From positions 12,716 to 76,715 of the forward strand of contig JAGXTJ010000034.1 of NCBI GenBank assembly GCA_018333655.1: DNA of 64,000 nucleotides. Direction: 5' to 3'. The DNA is from Bacillota bacterium. Lineage in GTDB: Bacteria > Bacillota > UBA994. Below are positions 40,217-49,021 of the stretch, piece after piece. A model generated the notes under the pieces. That model had not been told where the DNA came from, did not search any database, and worked only from the letters and a program-made list of their open reading frames with translations. Every line of letters begins with the position of its first letter. The first letter of the stretch is position 1. The position numbers and the translations under genes were made by a program.

Positions 40217-41203
40217 TTGAAAAAGATATACATCAGAGATCTTGCCGTGGGCATGCAAATCAAGAGTCCTTTTATTGTGGTCGATAGAAGGCTCATCAAT
40301 TACACCCGCAATGGGGCACCAGCTTGCGGGCTCGTCCTGACGCTCGGGGATAGGACGGGCAAAGCCTCGGCGGTTACCTGGCACGAGGCCCTTGTCAAAG
40401 ACTCATCCTACCGCAAAGATGATGTCGTGTTGGTCATGGGTAAGGTGCAGGACTACAAAGGCGAGAAGCAAATTTATCTGGAAGAAGTCTCTAAGGCCAA
40501 CTTGGCAGAAGTGAACGCCGAAGATTTTTGTGCTCCTCCACCACGGCCCATAGATGCGATGTGGCGCGAGCTAGAGGGGTACATGGCGACCATCAGTAAT
40601 CCCTATCTTAAAGCGCTGCTAGCGGCTTGCTTTGCTGACCCGCAAATTAAACATGCCTTTTGTCAGACCCCTGCCGGACGCGAAGTCCATCATGCCTACA
40701 CGGGGGGTCTCTTGCAACATACTCTAGAAGTTATCTCTTACGCGGAAAAGATGGTTGAAGTGCAAGGCAATTACCTGAATCGAGATTTGCTTCTAACGGG
40801 CGCAATTCTCCACGATTATGCTAAAGTGGACGAATACGAGCTGCGTGCTTTTACATATGACTTTACGGACCGCGGGAGGCTCATCGGGCATCTCGTACTA
40901 GGTTCGGAAAGAGTCGGTAAACTTGCTCTGGGCATAGAGAACTTCCCCCCGTTGCTTCGTGATGAACTTCAGCACATGATCTTAAGTCATCACGGGCACC
41001 GCGAATGGGGTTCTCCTGAAGAACCCAAGACCGCTAACGCCGTGGCCTTACACCTGGCAGATCTCACCAGTGGGAAGATAGGGCAGGTAGAGCGAATCAT
41101 TAAAGACACTTTGTCGCTTGGCGAACGTTGGTCCGCCTGGGACAAGCGACTAGAGTGCGCAATTTTAGCAGCTAACTGGGGAGGCGAGGATCATGAAGCG
41201 TAA
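40217..41203 (+). CDS. yhaM: 3'-5' exoribonuclease YhaM family (OB + HD)
   Basis: LGDRTG, VHHAYTGGLLQHT, LHDYAK, LIGH, ILSHHG..WGSP. Confidence 0.9.
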   Translation: MKKIYIRDLAVGMQIKSPFIVVDRRLINYTRNGAPACGLVLTLGDRTGKASAVTWHEALVKDSSYRKDDVVLVMGKVQDYKGEKQIYLEEVSKANLAEVNAEDFCAPPPRPIDAMWRELEGYMATISNPYLKALLAACFADPQIKHAFCQTPAGREVHHAYTGGLLQHTLEVISYAEKMVEVQGNYLNRDLLLTGAILHDYAKVDEYELRAFTYDFTDRGRLIGHLVLGSERVGKLALGIENFPPLLRDELQHMILSHHGHREWGSPEEPKTANAVALHLADLTSGKIGQVERIIKDTLSLGERWSAWDKRLECAILAANWGGEDHEA

Positions 41204-41606
41204 TCTGTCCATTCTCTTGGTTGTCGTGGTCGTGGGCATCGTTTGGTACCTGTCTAGACCGGCGGTTCCCGCTATAAAGTCTGTCGCACCGCTTACCGAG
41301 TTCCATCAGGCCATCGAACGAGGGCGCCCGATTTTCATTATGTTTACGAAGACGGGTTGCAGTTCCTGTGTGGCCATGTATCCCATTGTGCAAACCCTCA
41401 AGGATGAATTTGAGGACCGTATGGCGATGATTGTTGCCGACATCGGGGACGACCAAGGCTGGGAATTGTCCAGAGAGTTTGACTTTAGGGCTGTACCGCA
41501 CTTTATTGTGATTGGCAATCAAGGGGGCCAAGATACCTATACCGGGCACACAACGGCAGAACAACTACGTGGAATGATAGAGGCAGCGTTGGCGTGGGCG
41601 CCTTAG
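41193..41606 (+). CDS. Membrane-anchored thioredoxin-family protein
   Basis: N-terminal TM, CSSC, AVP cis-Pro. Confidence 0.8.
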   Translation: MKRNLSILLVVVVVGIVWYLSRPAVPAIKSVAPLTEFHQAIERGRPIFIMFTKTGCSSCVAMYPIVQTLKDEFEDRMAMIVADIGDDQGWELSREFDFRAVPHFIVIGNQGGQDTYTGHTTAEQLRGMIEAALAWAP

Positions 41607-42271
41607 AGACTTTGCAGTCCCTGCTGACGGGCAATTTTCCGGTGGCCTTGTTGGCCTCTTTTTTCGCCGGACTACTCACAAGTTTTTCTCCTTGTGTCAT
41701 TGCCATGTCTCCTGTAGTGCTCGGCTATGTTGGTGCCTATGGTGGTAACAATAAATTGCGCAATTTACAGTTAGTCGTGTTCTTGGTAGTCGGCCTAGCA
41801 GTGGCCTTTGCCATACTCGGGCTCATTGCTGCGCTCATTGGGGGTATTTTCGGTCAGCTTTCTGACGTAGCGCCGCTAGTCCTCGGAGCCGTGCTGATCA
41901 TTGTGGGGCTAAACTTGATGAAACTAGTTACTATTCCAGCCCTTGGCCTAAAGAAATGGCCAGTCCGCGTCAGCGGCAGAGGCGGCGCATTTTTGACAGG
42001 GCTCTTTTTTGGTGTGGCGGCCTCGCCATGCGCTACTGGGTTTCTGGCCGTTATTATCAGCCTGGCAGCGGTCTCGGATCGCCCCCTGCAGAGTGCAGCC
42101 CTGCTCTTTGCCTACGGCCTAGGACATGGCGTCCCCCTCATAATCGTGGGACTGACCGCCGGAACTATTAAATCGTTGCGTCAATTTAGTCAGTACTGGG
42201 ATTATTTCTCTTATGTGGCAGGGTTGCTGTTCGTCGGTGTTGGTGTTTACCTGTTTGCCTTGTGGCTGTAG
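41594..42271 (+). CDS. ccdA: Cytochrome c biogenesis/thiol-disulfide transporter CcdA
   Basis: SFSPCV and ASPCAT, YGLGHGVP, six TMs. Confidence 0.88.
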   Translation: MGALETLQSLLTGNFPVALLASFFAGLLTSFSPCVIAMSPVVLGYVGAYGGNNKLRNLQLVVFLVVGLAVAFAILGLIAALIGGIFGQLSDVAPLVLGAVLIIVGLNLMKLVTIPALGLKKWPVRVSGRGGAFLTGLFFGVAASPCATGFLAVIISLAAVSDRPLQSAALLFAYGLGHGVPLIIVGLTAGTIKSLRQFSQYWDYFSYVAGLLFVGVGVYLFALWL

Positions 42272-42295
42272 TCATAGTCATAACGTAGTTCGACA

Positions 42296-42324
42296 AGAAC
42301 CTGTGAGTCTTTCACAGGTTTTTT
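42296..42324 (+). terminator. Intrinsic terminator
   Basis: AACCTGTGA/TCACAGGTT stem followed by a T-tract. Confidence 0.7.
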
Positions 42325-42368
42325 GCTATGGCATAAACTAAGGCAAAAGCAACAGGGGGTGGAGAAAT

Positions 42369-43505
42369 ATGAGGGTGCTATTCGCCCTGCCCCCAGCGCC
42401 AGCAGTTTCAGGGTTGTCCCTAGTGCGAATCTATGTCCTTCGCCTTGCGGCTGCTCTCGTTCGGCGGGGAATGAGTGCGTATGTGCTAATGCCACATAAC
42501 ACAGAGCCATCCTATCCAGAGGTGGCAGGGCTCAAAGTAATCTACTGGCCAGACAATGACAATCCGAGTTTGCGTGCCATCCTGAGGGAGATTCGACCCC
42601 ATGTCGTGCAGGTAGAAAACCGCCCGGAGCTAGTACCCGACATTCGCCAGGCCTTTTCTGGGCAATTGGTGCTCAACTTGCACCATCTATGGCCCCTAAG
42701 GAGGGAAAATATATCGCGAGATGCCTTGCGCGTGGCGCTATGCCTCGTAGACCACATTGTACTCGGCAGTTACTATGAGAAGAGTCTCTTCTTGGGTCGG
42801 TTTTTTGGTTTGCGCTGTCGCACCCATGTGGTCTATCCGGGGGTAGATGTGGAAGAATTCCGACCGTATACCGGCGACGCCGTACTGCAGCGCGAGAGAA
42901 CCCAGTGGCGTCAGCGCCTTGGTCTAGCAAAGCAGGATTTTGTCGTCCTCGCGGTGGGCCAGAGTGGCGCACAGTCGGGAATAGACATCGTTTTGCAGGC
43001 CGCCAAGCTAGCCAATATCAGGCATCTAAAGGTGCTCCTTGTGAATGCCAATCTCGATGACTTATCGACTACGGGGTATGTGAACCCAAGCTTAGCTCCT
43101 GCTCTAATTGCTCCCCCTGCTCGCCTATTTGACACCGCTAATGCGCGCGATTTACCCGCCCTCTACCGTGTTGCCGATGCCTTTGTCTCACCCAGTCAGG
43201 TGCGCACTTCACTGGGCATGGTCAACTTGGCGGCACAAGCGTCTGGCTTGCCTCTAGTGACCGGCCTGCGCGGAGGTATTGTGGAGATGGTGGACCATAG
43301 GTGGACGCTTCTCTTGCGCAAGCACGGTGAGGCCAGTGCTTGGGCCAACGCCCTGCTTACCATTCTGCGAAGTGAAAGACTGCAGACGGAGATGGCCTTT
43401 CGTGGTCGAGAATTTGCCAAAGGTTTTGGCTGGGAACAGAGCGCACGGGGCTTTTTGCCGCTCTATAGTGGTTTTGCGCCACCCCGACCCTTCGGTTCCA
43501 GCTAA
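42369..43505 (+). CDS. Glycosyltransferase family 4 (spore-coat CotSA-like)
   Basis: VQVENRP, GVDVEEF, ADAFVSPSQ..GMVNLAAQASGLP..GGIVE. Confidence 0.8.
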   Translation: MRVLFALPPAPAVSGLSLVRIYVLRLAAALVRRGMSAYVLMPHNTEPSYPEVAGLKVIYWPDNDNPSLRAILREIRPHVVQVENRPELVPDIRQAFSGQLVLNLHHLWPLRRENISRDALRVALCLVDHIVLGSYYEKSLFLGRFFGLRCRTHVVYPGVDVEEFRPYTGDAVLQRERTQWRQRLGLAKQDFVVLAVGQSGAQSGIDIVLQAAKLANIRHLKVLLVNANLDDLSTTGYVNPSLAPALIAPPARLFDTANARDLPALYRVADAFVSPSQVRTSLGMVNLAAQASGLPLVTGLRGGIVEMVDHRWTLLLRKHGEASAWANALLTILRSERLQTEMAFRGREFAKGFGWEQSARGFLPLYSGFAPPRPFGSS

Positions 43506-43597
43506 CTTTAGCGCGTAATAGTACGAATTGTGTCGCAAAGAAATGCTTGGCAATTTCGTGGCAAAATGTTATCATTTTATCAAAAGACAGGAGGGTG

Positions 43598-43843
43598 ATG
43601 GTGGTGTTTGTCACCTTGGTTAGTACGGAAAAACAAGTCGCTGCCATAGTCCGTTTGCGCGATGATAGCCAGGTAGAGATTGCCACCGAACAAAAATCAC
43701 TCTCCGAACTGCTAAGTCAAATCTATCGACCCATGATGACCCCCATGGAGTTCGCGCTGGCCAATCACCTGCTCAACGGGTTTCGCGAGCTTGGCATTAC
43801 TTGGGAAGTAAGGCTGAGAGAAGAAAGTATGTGTATAGAGTAG
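43598..43843 (+). CDS. Hypothetical protein
   Basis: AGGAGG RBS; ORF followed by a terminator; no family recognised. Confidence 0.55.
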   Translation: MVVFVTLVSTEKQVAAIVRLRDDSQVEIATEQKSLSELLSQIYRPMMTPMEFALANHLLNGFRELGITWEVRLREESMCIE

Positions 43844-43851
43844 GTGCCCGC

Positions 43852-43882
43852 AAACTGTCGACGCAGTTGTCGGCAGTTTTTT
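43852..43882 (+). terminator. Intrinsic terminator
   Basis: AAACTGTCGAC/GTCGGCAGTTT stem followed by a T-tract. Confidence 0.7.
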
Positions 43883-43980
43883 GTTTGAGGCCGAGAAGAA
43901 ACTTAAGTGTTGAATGTGGTTAGCGAGTCTAGGGTGTGGTAGAATGGGCAATGGAGAGTGCAGATGCGGAGGGGTTTTTT

Positions 43981-45081
43981 ATGCGCGAAATCATCAAGTT
44001 AAGTCTAATACTTGCCATTATTTGCTCTGTTGCCGGCGCGGCATTAGCAGCCACCTATTCTGTAACGAGCAATATCATCGCTGAGCGGCAGCAGGCGGAG
44101 TTAAATATGCGCCTGCAGGAGCTCCTACCACTCGCGGATACTTTCACCCCTGTGGTGGCCGATGGCGTGACTTACTACCTGGCAACCCGCGCGGGGCAGC
44201 CTGCAGGGGCCGTGATGGTGGCGGCGGGCAGGGGATATGCCGGACCCATAGATTTGTTGGTGTCTTTTGCGGCTGATGGCAAGGTGCAGGGTGTTAAGGT
44301 CACCGGTCACAGTGAGACGGCGGGCATTGGAAATCGGGTAGAGACGCCAAGCTTTTTAAGACAGTTTGTTGGCAAAGAACAGGGGCAACCAGTTGCTATC
44401 GGCCAAGACATTGTCGCTGCTACAGGCGCTACAGTCTCGGCGCGTGGGGTCGCGGCAGGCGTGCGCCAGGCCATTGCCGACTTTAATGTGCATGTACTAC
44501 GCGCTCCCCCAACTATTGAAGAGTTCGACTTGTCGCGCGTGCGCGATGGCGTATATAAGGGAGAAGCTCCGGGCTTTTATGGCCCAGTCACGGTTGAGGT
44601 CACCGTTCTCGGCAGCAAAATCACACAAGTCACGGTTAGCCACGTTGATACGCCAGAGGTGGCAGATGAGGCTGCGGAGATCATTCCGCGTCGCATAGTT
44701 GACAAGCAGCATTTTCGGGTCGATGTAGTGTCAGGAGCGACCGCTACAAGTGAAGCCATCATGCTGGCGGTGCGAAATGCAGTACCAGAGCCCGTCTTAG
44801 AAATTAGCGAGTTGGCAGATGGCGAGTATGAGGGTGAAGGCGAAGGCTTAATGGGCCCCATCCGGGTTCGCGTTACAGTACAAGGTGGTAGGGTGGTCAA
44901 CATCGGAGTTCTGGCGCATAGCGAGACGCCCGACTATGCTGCCCGTGCTTTTCCGGTGATCACAGCGGCGGTCATGGAGAAACAGGCTCTGCAAGTTGAC
45001 GTCGTGAGTGGAGCGACCGCGGCGAGCGAGGGGCTACTGACTGCACTCAAAACAGCTCTAGAAAAAGCGCCGCTCAGGTAG
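43981..45081 (+). CDS. RnfG-like membrane-anchored protein with three FMN-binding (flavinylation) domains
   Basis: RnfG-type N-terminal TM, GYAGPI, HSETAGIG; sites ATGATVS, VSGATAT and VSGATAA. Confidence 0.9.
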   Translation: MREIIKLSLILAIICSVAGAALAATYSVTSNIIAERQQAELNMRLQELLPLADTFTPVVADGVTYYLATRAGQPAGAVMVAAGRGYAGPIDLLVSFAADGKVQGVKVTGHSETAGIGNRVETPSFLRQFVGKEQGQPVAIGQDIVAATGATVSARGVAAGVRQAIADFNVHVLRAPPTIEEFDLSRVRDGVYKGEAPGFYGPVTVEVTVLGSKITQVTVSHVDTPEVADEAAEIIPRRIVDKQHFRVDVVSGATATSEAIMLAVRNAVPEPVLEISELADGEYEGEGEGLMGPIRVRVTVQGGRVVNIGVLAHSETPDYAARAFPVITAAVMEKQALQVDVVSGATAASEGLLTALKTALEKAPLR

Positions 45082-45107
45082 CGCAAGTAGTATTTGACTG
45101 ATTCATT

Positions 45108-45134
45108 AAGCTACCGTCTAGGGTGGTAGCTTTT
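45108..45134 (+). terminator. Hairpin with a short T-run between the FMN-protein gene and mnhE
   Basis: AAGCTACC/GGTAGCTT followed by TT. Confidence 0.5.
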
Positions 45135-45154
45135 CACTTTTTGGAGGTGGCAAT

Positions 45155-45655
45155 GTGCCCAGTTGGAAACGCAGGTTAGGCTGGACTGTAGTCCTGTTCT
45201 TAACTTGGATACTATTTGCCCAGAGCTTTCATTGGCAATCGCTGATAACCGGGATTGTGGTAGCTTTTTTTGTCACAATGTGGAACGATGATTTGCTCCT
45301 TAGTCTAAGCAACGACTTACATGTAGAGCGTAGGACTATGGTCCAGTGGTTTATGTTTGCGGTGTGGTTAGTAATTGATATATGCAAAGCCGCCTGGCAA
45401 GTAGCTGTGGTTGCCTGTGCGTTTCGCATGGACATACAGCCCCAGTACGTAACGCATCCCATCAAAGTGCATGAACCTGCCATGCGCATGGTTCTGGCCA
45501 ATAGTATTACTCTGACACCAGGCACCCTTACTGTGGAGGCTCCGCAAAAGGGTGAGTTTGTGGTGCATGCCCTGACGGACGCGGCGGCCGAGGGCCTCAA
45601 AGACTGGCACATCGAGAATCGTCTGGTGGCCATAGAGAGGAGACTGCCTAGATGA
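45155..45655 (+). CDS. mnhE: Na+/H+ antiporter subunit E (MbhA-like)
   Basis: LANSITLTPGTLTV, VHAL. Confidence 0.92.
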   Translation: MPSWKRRLGWTVVLFLTWILFAQSFHWQSLITGIVVAFFVTMWNDDLLLSLSNDLHVERRTMVQWFMFAVWLVIDICKAAWQVAVVACAFRMDIQPQYVTHPIKVHEPAMRMVLANSITLTPGTLTVEAPQKGEFVVHALTDAAAEGLKDWHIENRLVAIERRLPR

Positions 45656-45921
45656 CATTATCGGCCTTGCTCATCACCTGCCTAGGGTTAGTTCTGCTCA
45701 CCTTTGCTGCCCTCTATCGCGCTGTGGCTGGGCCCACACCGGCAGATCGGGTGGTGGCCATTAACGTGATTGGCACAAAAACCATGGTCGTACTCATATT
45801 AATTGGTTATATTTTTCAGGAGGCTCCGTTCTATATCGACGTGGCCATGGTCTATGCGCTTATTAGTTTCTTGCTGACTATTGGCGTTGCGCGCTACCTC
45901 GAAAAAGGCACCATTGTGTGA
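45652..45921 (+). CDS. mnhF: Na+/H+ antiporter subunit F
   Basis: GPTPADRVVA, DVAMVYALISF. Confidence 0.92.
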   Translation: MTLSALLITCLGLVLLTFAALYRAVAGPTPADRVVAINVIGTKTMVVLILIGYIFQEAPFYIDVAMVYALISFLLTIGVARYLEKGTIV

Positions 45922-45936
45922 GGAAGGAGCAACAAC

Positions 45937-46251
45937 ATGATTAACTTGCTTGCTGAAATCATCGGCGTTGCCTTTCTATTGGCGGGGTTCTTTTTCTTTG
46001 CCGCCGGCACGCTTGGCCTTATTCGTTTCCCCGATGTCTTGACACGCATGCATGCCACCACCAAGTGCGATACTTTGGGCGCAGGGCTGATCCTGGTGGG
46101 GCTAATGTTCTTTTCGGATTCTGTCTACCTTATGTTGAAGTTGGCCGTAATTATTGTATTTCTGTGGATAGCCAACCCCACCGCCGCGCACTACATGGCT
46201 CGCGCGGTCTACCGCACCGAAGGGAGTGACGACAGTGCTGGCAGCGATTAA
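45937..46251 (+). CDS. mnhG: Na+/H+ antiporter subunit G
   Basis: RFPDVLTRMHATTKCDTLG, NPTAAH. Confidence 0.93.
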   Translation: MINLLAEIIGVAFLLAGFFFFAAGTLGLIRFPDVLTRMHATTKCDTLGAGLILVGLMFFSDSVYLMLKLAVIIVFLWIANPTAAHYMARAVYRTEGSDDSAGSD

Positions 46252-46477
46252 TATCCTCCTTTTGGTATTTTTGGTGATTTGTGCCGTTGTCGTAGCTCGC
46301 ATCAAGGATTTGCTCAGCGCGGTTATCATTTTTGGGGCTTACAGCATGGTCATGTCTATTATTTGGCAGCAGCTTCACTCGCCTGATATCGCGATCACGG
46401 AGGCAGCTATTGGTGCAGGCGCTACGTCGTTGCTATTCTTGGCCGCTATTAGCCGCACAAGGAGGCATGAAGAATGA
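46226..46477 (+). CDS. DUF4040 / MbhD-like subunit
   Basis: KDLLSAVI, SPDIAITEAAIGAG. Confidence 0.85.
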   Translation: MTTVLAAINILLLVFLVICAVVVARIKDLLSAVIIFGAYSMVMSIIWQQLHSPDIAITEAAIGAGATSLLFLAAISRTRRHEE

Positions 46478-46755
46478 AAAAAGTTTTGCCCGTACTTGTA
46501 CTGGCGGCCATTGGCGTTTTGCTGGTCTTGACTGTGGCCGAAATGCCGACCTTTGGCGATAGCTATGCCCCGGCGCACCGCGGAGTTATGGACAAATACT
46601 TGCAAGATAGCGCTGTGGACACGGGGGCGATCAACACAATTGCCGCCATCATTTTAGACTACCGCGCCTACGATACTTTGGGAGAAGCTACTGTGCTTTT
46701 CGTAGCTGTTTTGGCTGTTACTGCGGCGCTTCACGGGGGCGGACATCATGCATGA
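46474..46755 (+). CDS. MbhE-like subunit
   Basis: GAINTIAAIILDYRAYDTLGEATVLF. Confidence 0.87.
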   Translation: MKKVLPVLVLAAIGVLLVLTVAEMPTFGDSYAPAHRGVMDKYLQDSAVDTGAINTIAAIILDYRAYDTLGEATVLFVAVLAVTAALHGGGHHA

Positions 46756-47188
46756 TCTCATTCTTGAAGTTGTAAATCGCTTACTCTTGCCTTTCATTCA
46801 GCTTTTCGGCATGTACATTCTCTTTCACGGCCACCTCTCCCCTGGTGGAGGCTTCTCGGGTGGTGCCGTCATCGGGGCAAGCTTAATACTTTACAGCTTG
46901 ACATTCCGCTTTGCTAAAGTTAAACACCGCATGGACCATGACACCTCGGTCTTTTTTGAGGCGGCTGGTGCGCTAATTTACGTGGGGATAGGCTTTGTCG
47001 GCCTGTTTTTTGGCTACAACTACCTTACCAACAGAGGTGTTTTTCCCCTCGGCGTACCAGGGCAGCTATGGAGTAGCGGCATGATTCTCGTCATCACCCT
47101 CGCCCTAGGGGCCAAAGTGAGCGGCACGATTCTGTCACTATTCCAAGAACTCTTGGAAGGGGGGAGTGATGAACATGGTACTCCTTGA
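46748..47188 (+). CDS. mnhB: Na+/H+ antiporter subunit B (MbhF-like)
   Basis: HGHLSPGGGFSGG. Confidence 0.9.
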   Translation: MHDLILEVVNRLLLPFIQLFGMYILFHGHLSPGGGFSGGAVIGASLILYSLTFRFAKVKHRMDHDTSVFFEAAGALIYVGIGFVGLFFGYNYLTNRGVFPLGVPGQLWSSGMILVITLALGAKVSGTILSLFQELLEGGSDEHGTP

Positions 47189-47546
47189 ACGGCTGTACAC
47201 TAACATCTACTACTTAGTTGCGGTGGTGCTCTTTGTCATTGGGTTTCACACTATGCTCACTCACAAGAACCTCATCAAAAAATTGATGGCTCTAAATATC
47301 ATGGATACCGCCATTTTTCTCTTCTTTGTGGCCATTGGGTATCGTCAAGGCGGGCAGGCTCCTATACTCGTGCCTGGGGTCGAGAAGTTTGTCAACCCAA
47401 TCCCGTCCGCGCTAATTCTCACTGGTATAGTTATTTCTGTGAGCTTTACCGCCTTTGCGCTGGCACTGGTGGTCCTCCTTTACAAACACTATGGGACCCT
47501 TGATTCTGATGAAATAATCGCGATTAGAGGCAAAAAACATGTTTAG
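47169..47546 (+). CDS. mnhC: Na+/H+ antiporter subunit C (MbhG-like)
   Basis: NLIKKLMAL, NPIPSALILTGIVI, YGTLD. Confidence 0.92.
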   Translation: MNMVLLERLYTNIYYLVAVVLFVIGFHTMLTHKNLIKKLMALNIMDTAIFLFFVAIGYRQGGQAPILVPGVEKFVNPIPSALILTGIVISVSFTAFALALVVLLYKHYGTLDSDEIIAIRGKKHV

Positions 47547-49005
47547 TATAAGTCATGCCCCTATTCTTATGGTCGTTACACTACTCATGACTGCGTTTGT
47601 CGTGCCGCTTGTGCGTAAGAACATGCGCCTAGCCAAAGGGCTTTTTCTTGGCGCCGGTCTCATAGTTGTTGCGCTAGCAGTATTAATTACCTTAGAGGTG
47701 CTACAGTCTGGCACCATGATTTATGCGGTGGGGGAATGGTCTGCACCGCATGGTATTGAGCTCGTGGTAGACGCCTTCGCGGCCTATGCTTCTTTGGTAG
47801 TTTCTGTTATTTCCTTTATTATATACTGGTTTATCGTTTTTGCCCCCCGTGAAGTCAACTATGAGGCGGGCTACTATGCCTTGATTCTACTACTGTCCGC
47901 GGCTATGCATGGCATTGTCATGGCTGGTGATATCTTTAATCTCTTTGTCTTTGTCGAGATTAGTTCACTGGCAGCGGTCGCTATTATTGCGGTAAAGGGA
48001 ACTAAGGAGAGTATCGAGGCCAGCTTTCGTTACCTGATGTTGAGCGCACTTGGTTCAGGGGGGCTCTTGTTTAGTATCGCCCTGCTCTTTATGATAACGG
48101 GGCATCTTAACATGGGCTACATGAGGGTAGCTCTCGCTACCACGGCAGGGCAGTACCCCTTGAACCTGTTGACGGCCCTAGCCTTTATGGTCATTGGGCT
48201 AGGCGTCAAGTCAGCGCTCTTCCCCCTTCATATCTGGTTGCCTGATGCCCATGCTAATGCCCCTACGGGCTCGAGTGCACTGCTCTCGGGGCTTGTCGTT
48301 AAAGTATATGTTATTGCCTTCATGCGCATCGCCTACATGTTGCTTGGCATGGATCTATTTTATATCTTGCCACTTCGCCAAATTCTCCTTGTTTTGGCGG
48401 CACTGGCCATTATAGCTGGCTCCGTATTCGCCATTGTGCAGGACAATATTAAGCGCCTTTTGGCATTTTCTACTGTTGCACAGGTTGGGTACATCTTTCT
48501 TGGGTTTTCTTTGCTAACCGCAAGGGCAGTAGAAGGTGCAATTTGGCACATTCTTATCCATGCCATCATGAAGACATTGTTGTTTTTGGCTGTTGGTGTG
48601 GTTATACAGCAGAGTGGGTACAAGAAAATCTCCCAGGTACATGGCCTGGCGCGCCGCATGCCGTTGACTTTTGCCTGCATCACCCTAGGTGCTTTGTCTA
48701 TGGTCGGTATACCGGGTACAGCGGGTTTTATCTCCAAGTTGTATCTCGCGCTAGGAGCGCTCGATGCTGGTCTGGTTATTTTTGCCGTACTAATTCTTAT
48801 TAGCAGTCTCTTGTCTGCAATCTACTATTTTCCCCTCATTATTACGGCCTACTTCGGACATGATGCTTCGCCGGATGTTAAGGAACCTAGTCTCGCCGTG
48901 CGCTTGCCGCTGGTCATTCTTTCCTTGGCAATTCTATTTTACGGCCTCATGCCCTCGATGTTGCTGCCTTTAGTGCGTCAAACGGCCTTGCTGATAACGC
49001 GTTAA
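47539..49005 (+). CDS. mnhD: MrpD/MbhH-type antiporter-like subunit 1
   Basis: DIFNLFVFVE, KSALFPLHIWLPDAH, KRLLAFS, GFISK. Confidence 0.9.
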   Translation: MFSISHAPILMVVTLLMTAFVVPLVRKNMRLAKGLFLGAGLIVVALAVLITLEVLQSGTMIYAVGEWSAPHGIELVVDAFAAYASLVVSVISFIIYWFIVFAPREVNYEAGYYALILLLSAAMHGIVMAGDIFNLFVFVEISSLAAVAIIAVKGTKESIEASFRYLMLSALGSGGLLFSIALLFMITGHLNMGYMRVALATTAGQYPLNLLTALAFMVIGLGVKSALFPLHIWLPDAHANAPTGSSALLSGLVVKVYVIAFMRIAYMLLGMDLFYILPLRQILLVLAALAIIAGSVFAIVQDNIKRLLAFSTVAQVGYIFLGFSLLTARAVEGAIWHILIHAIMKTLLFLAVGVVIQQSGYKKISQVHGLARRMPLTFACITLGALSMVGIPGTAGFISKLYLALGALDAGLVIFAVLILISSLLSAIYYFPLIITAYFGHDASPDVKEPSLAVRLPLVILSLAILFYGLMPSMLLPLVRQTALLITR

Positions 49006-49021
49006 ATTTGGAGGGTTGGTC

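Noticed and set aside
43883..43980. Possible Na+-sensing riboswitch ahead of the FMN/Mrp locus
   Set aside because: Only a vague resemblance (GAGGCC...TTAAGTG); I could not fold supporting stems. It needs an Infernal search.
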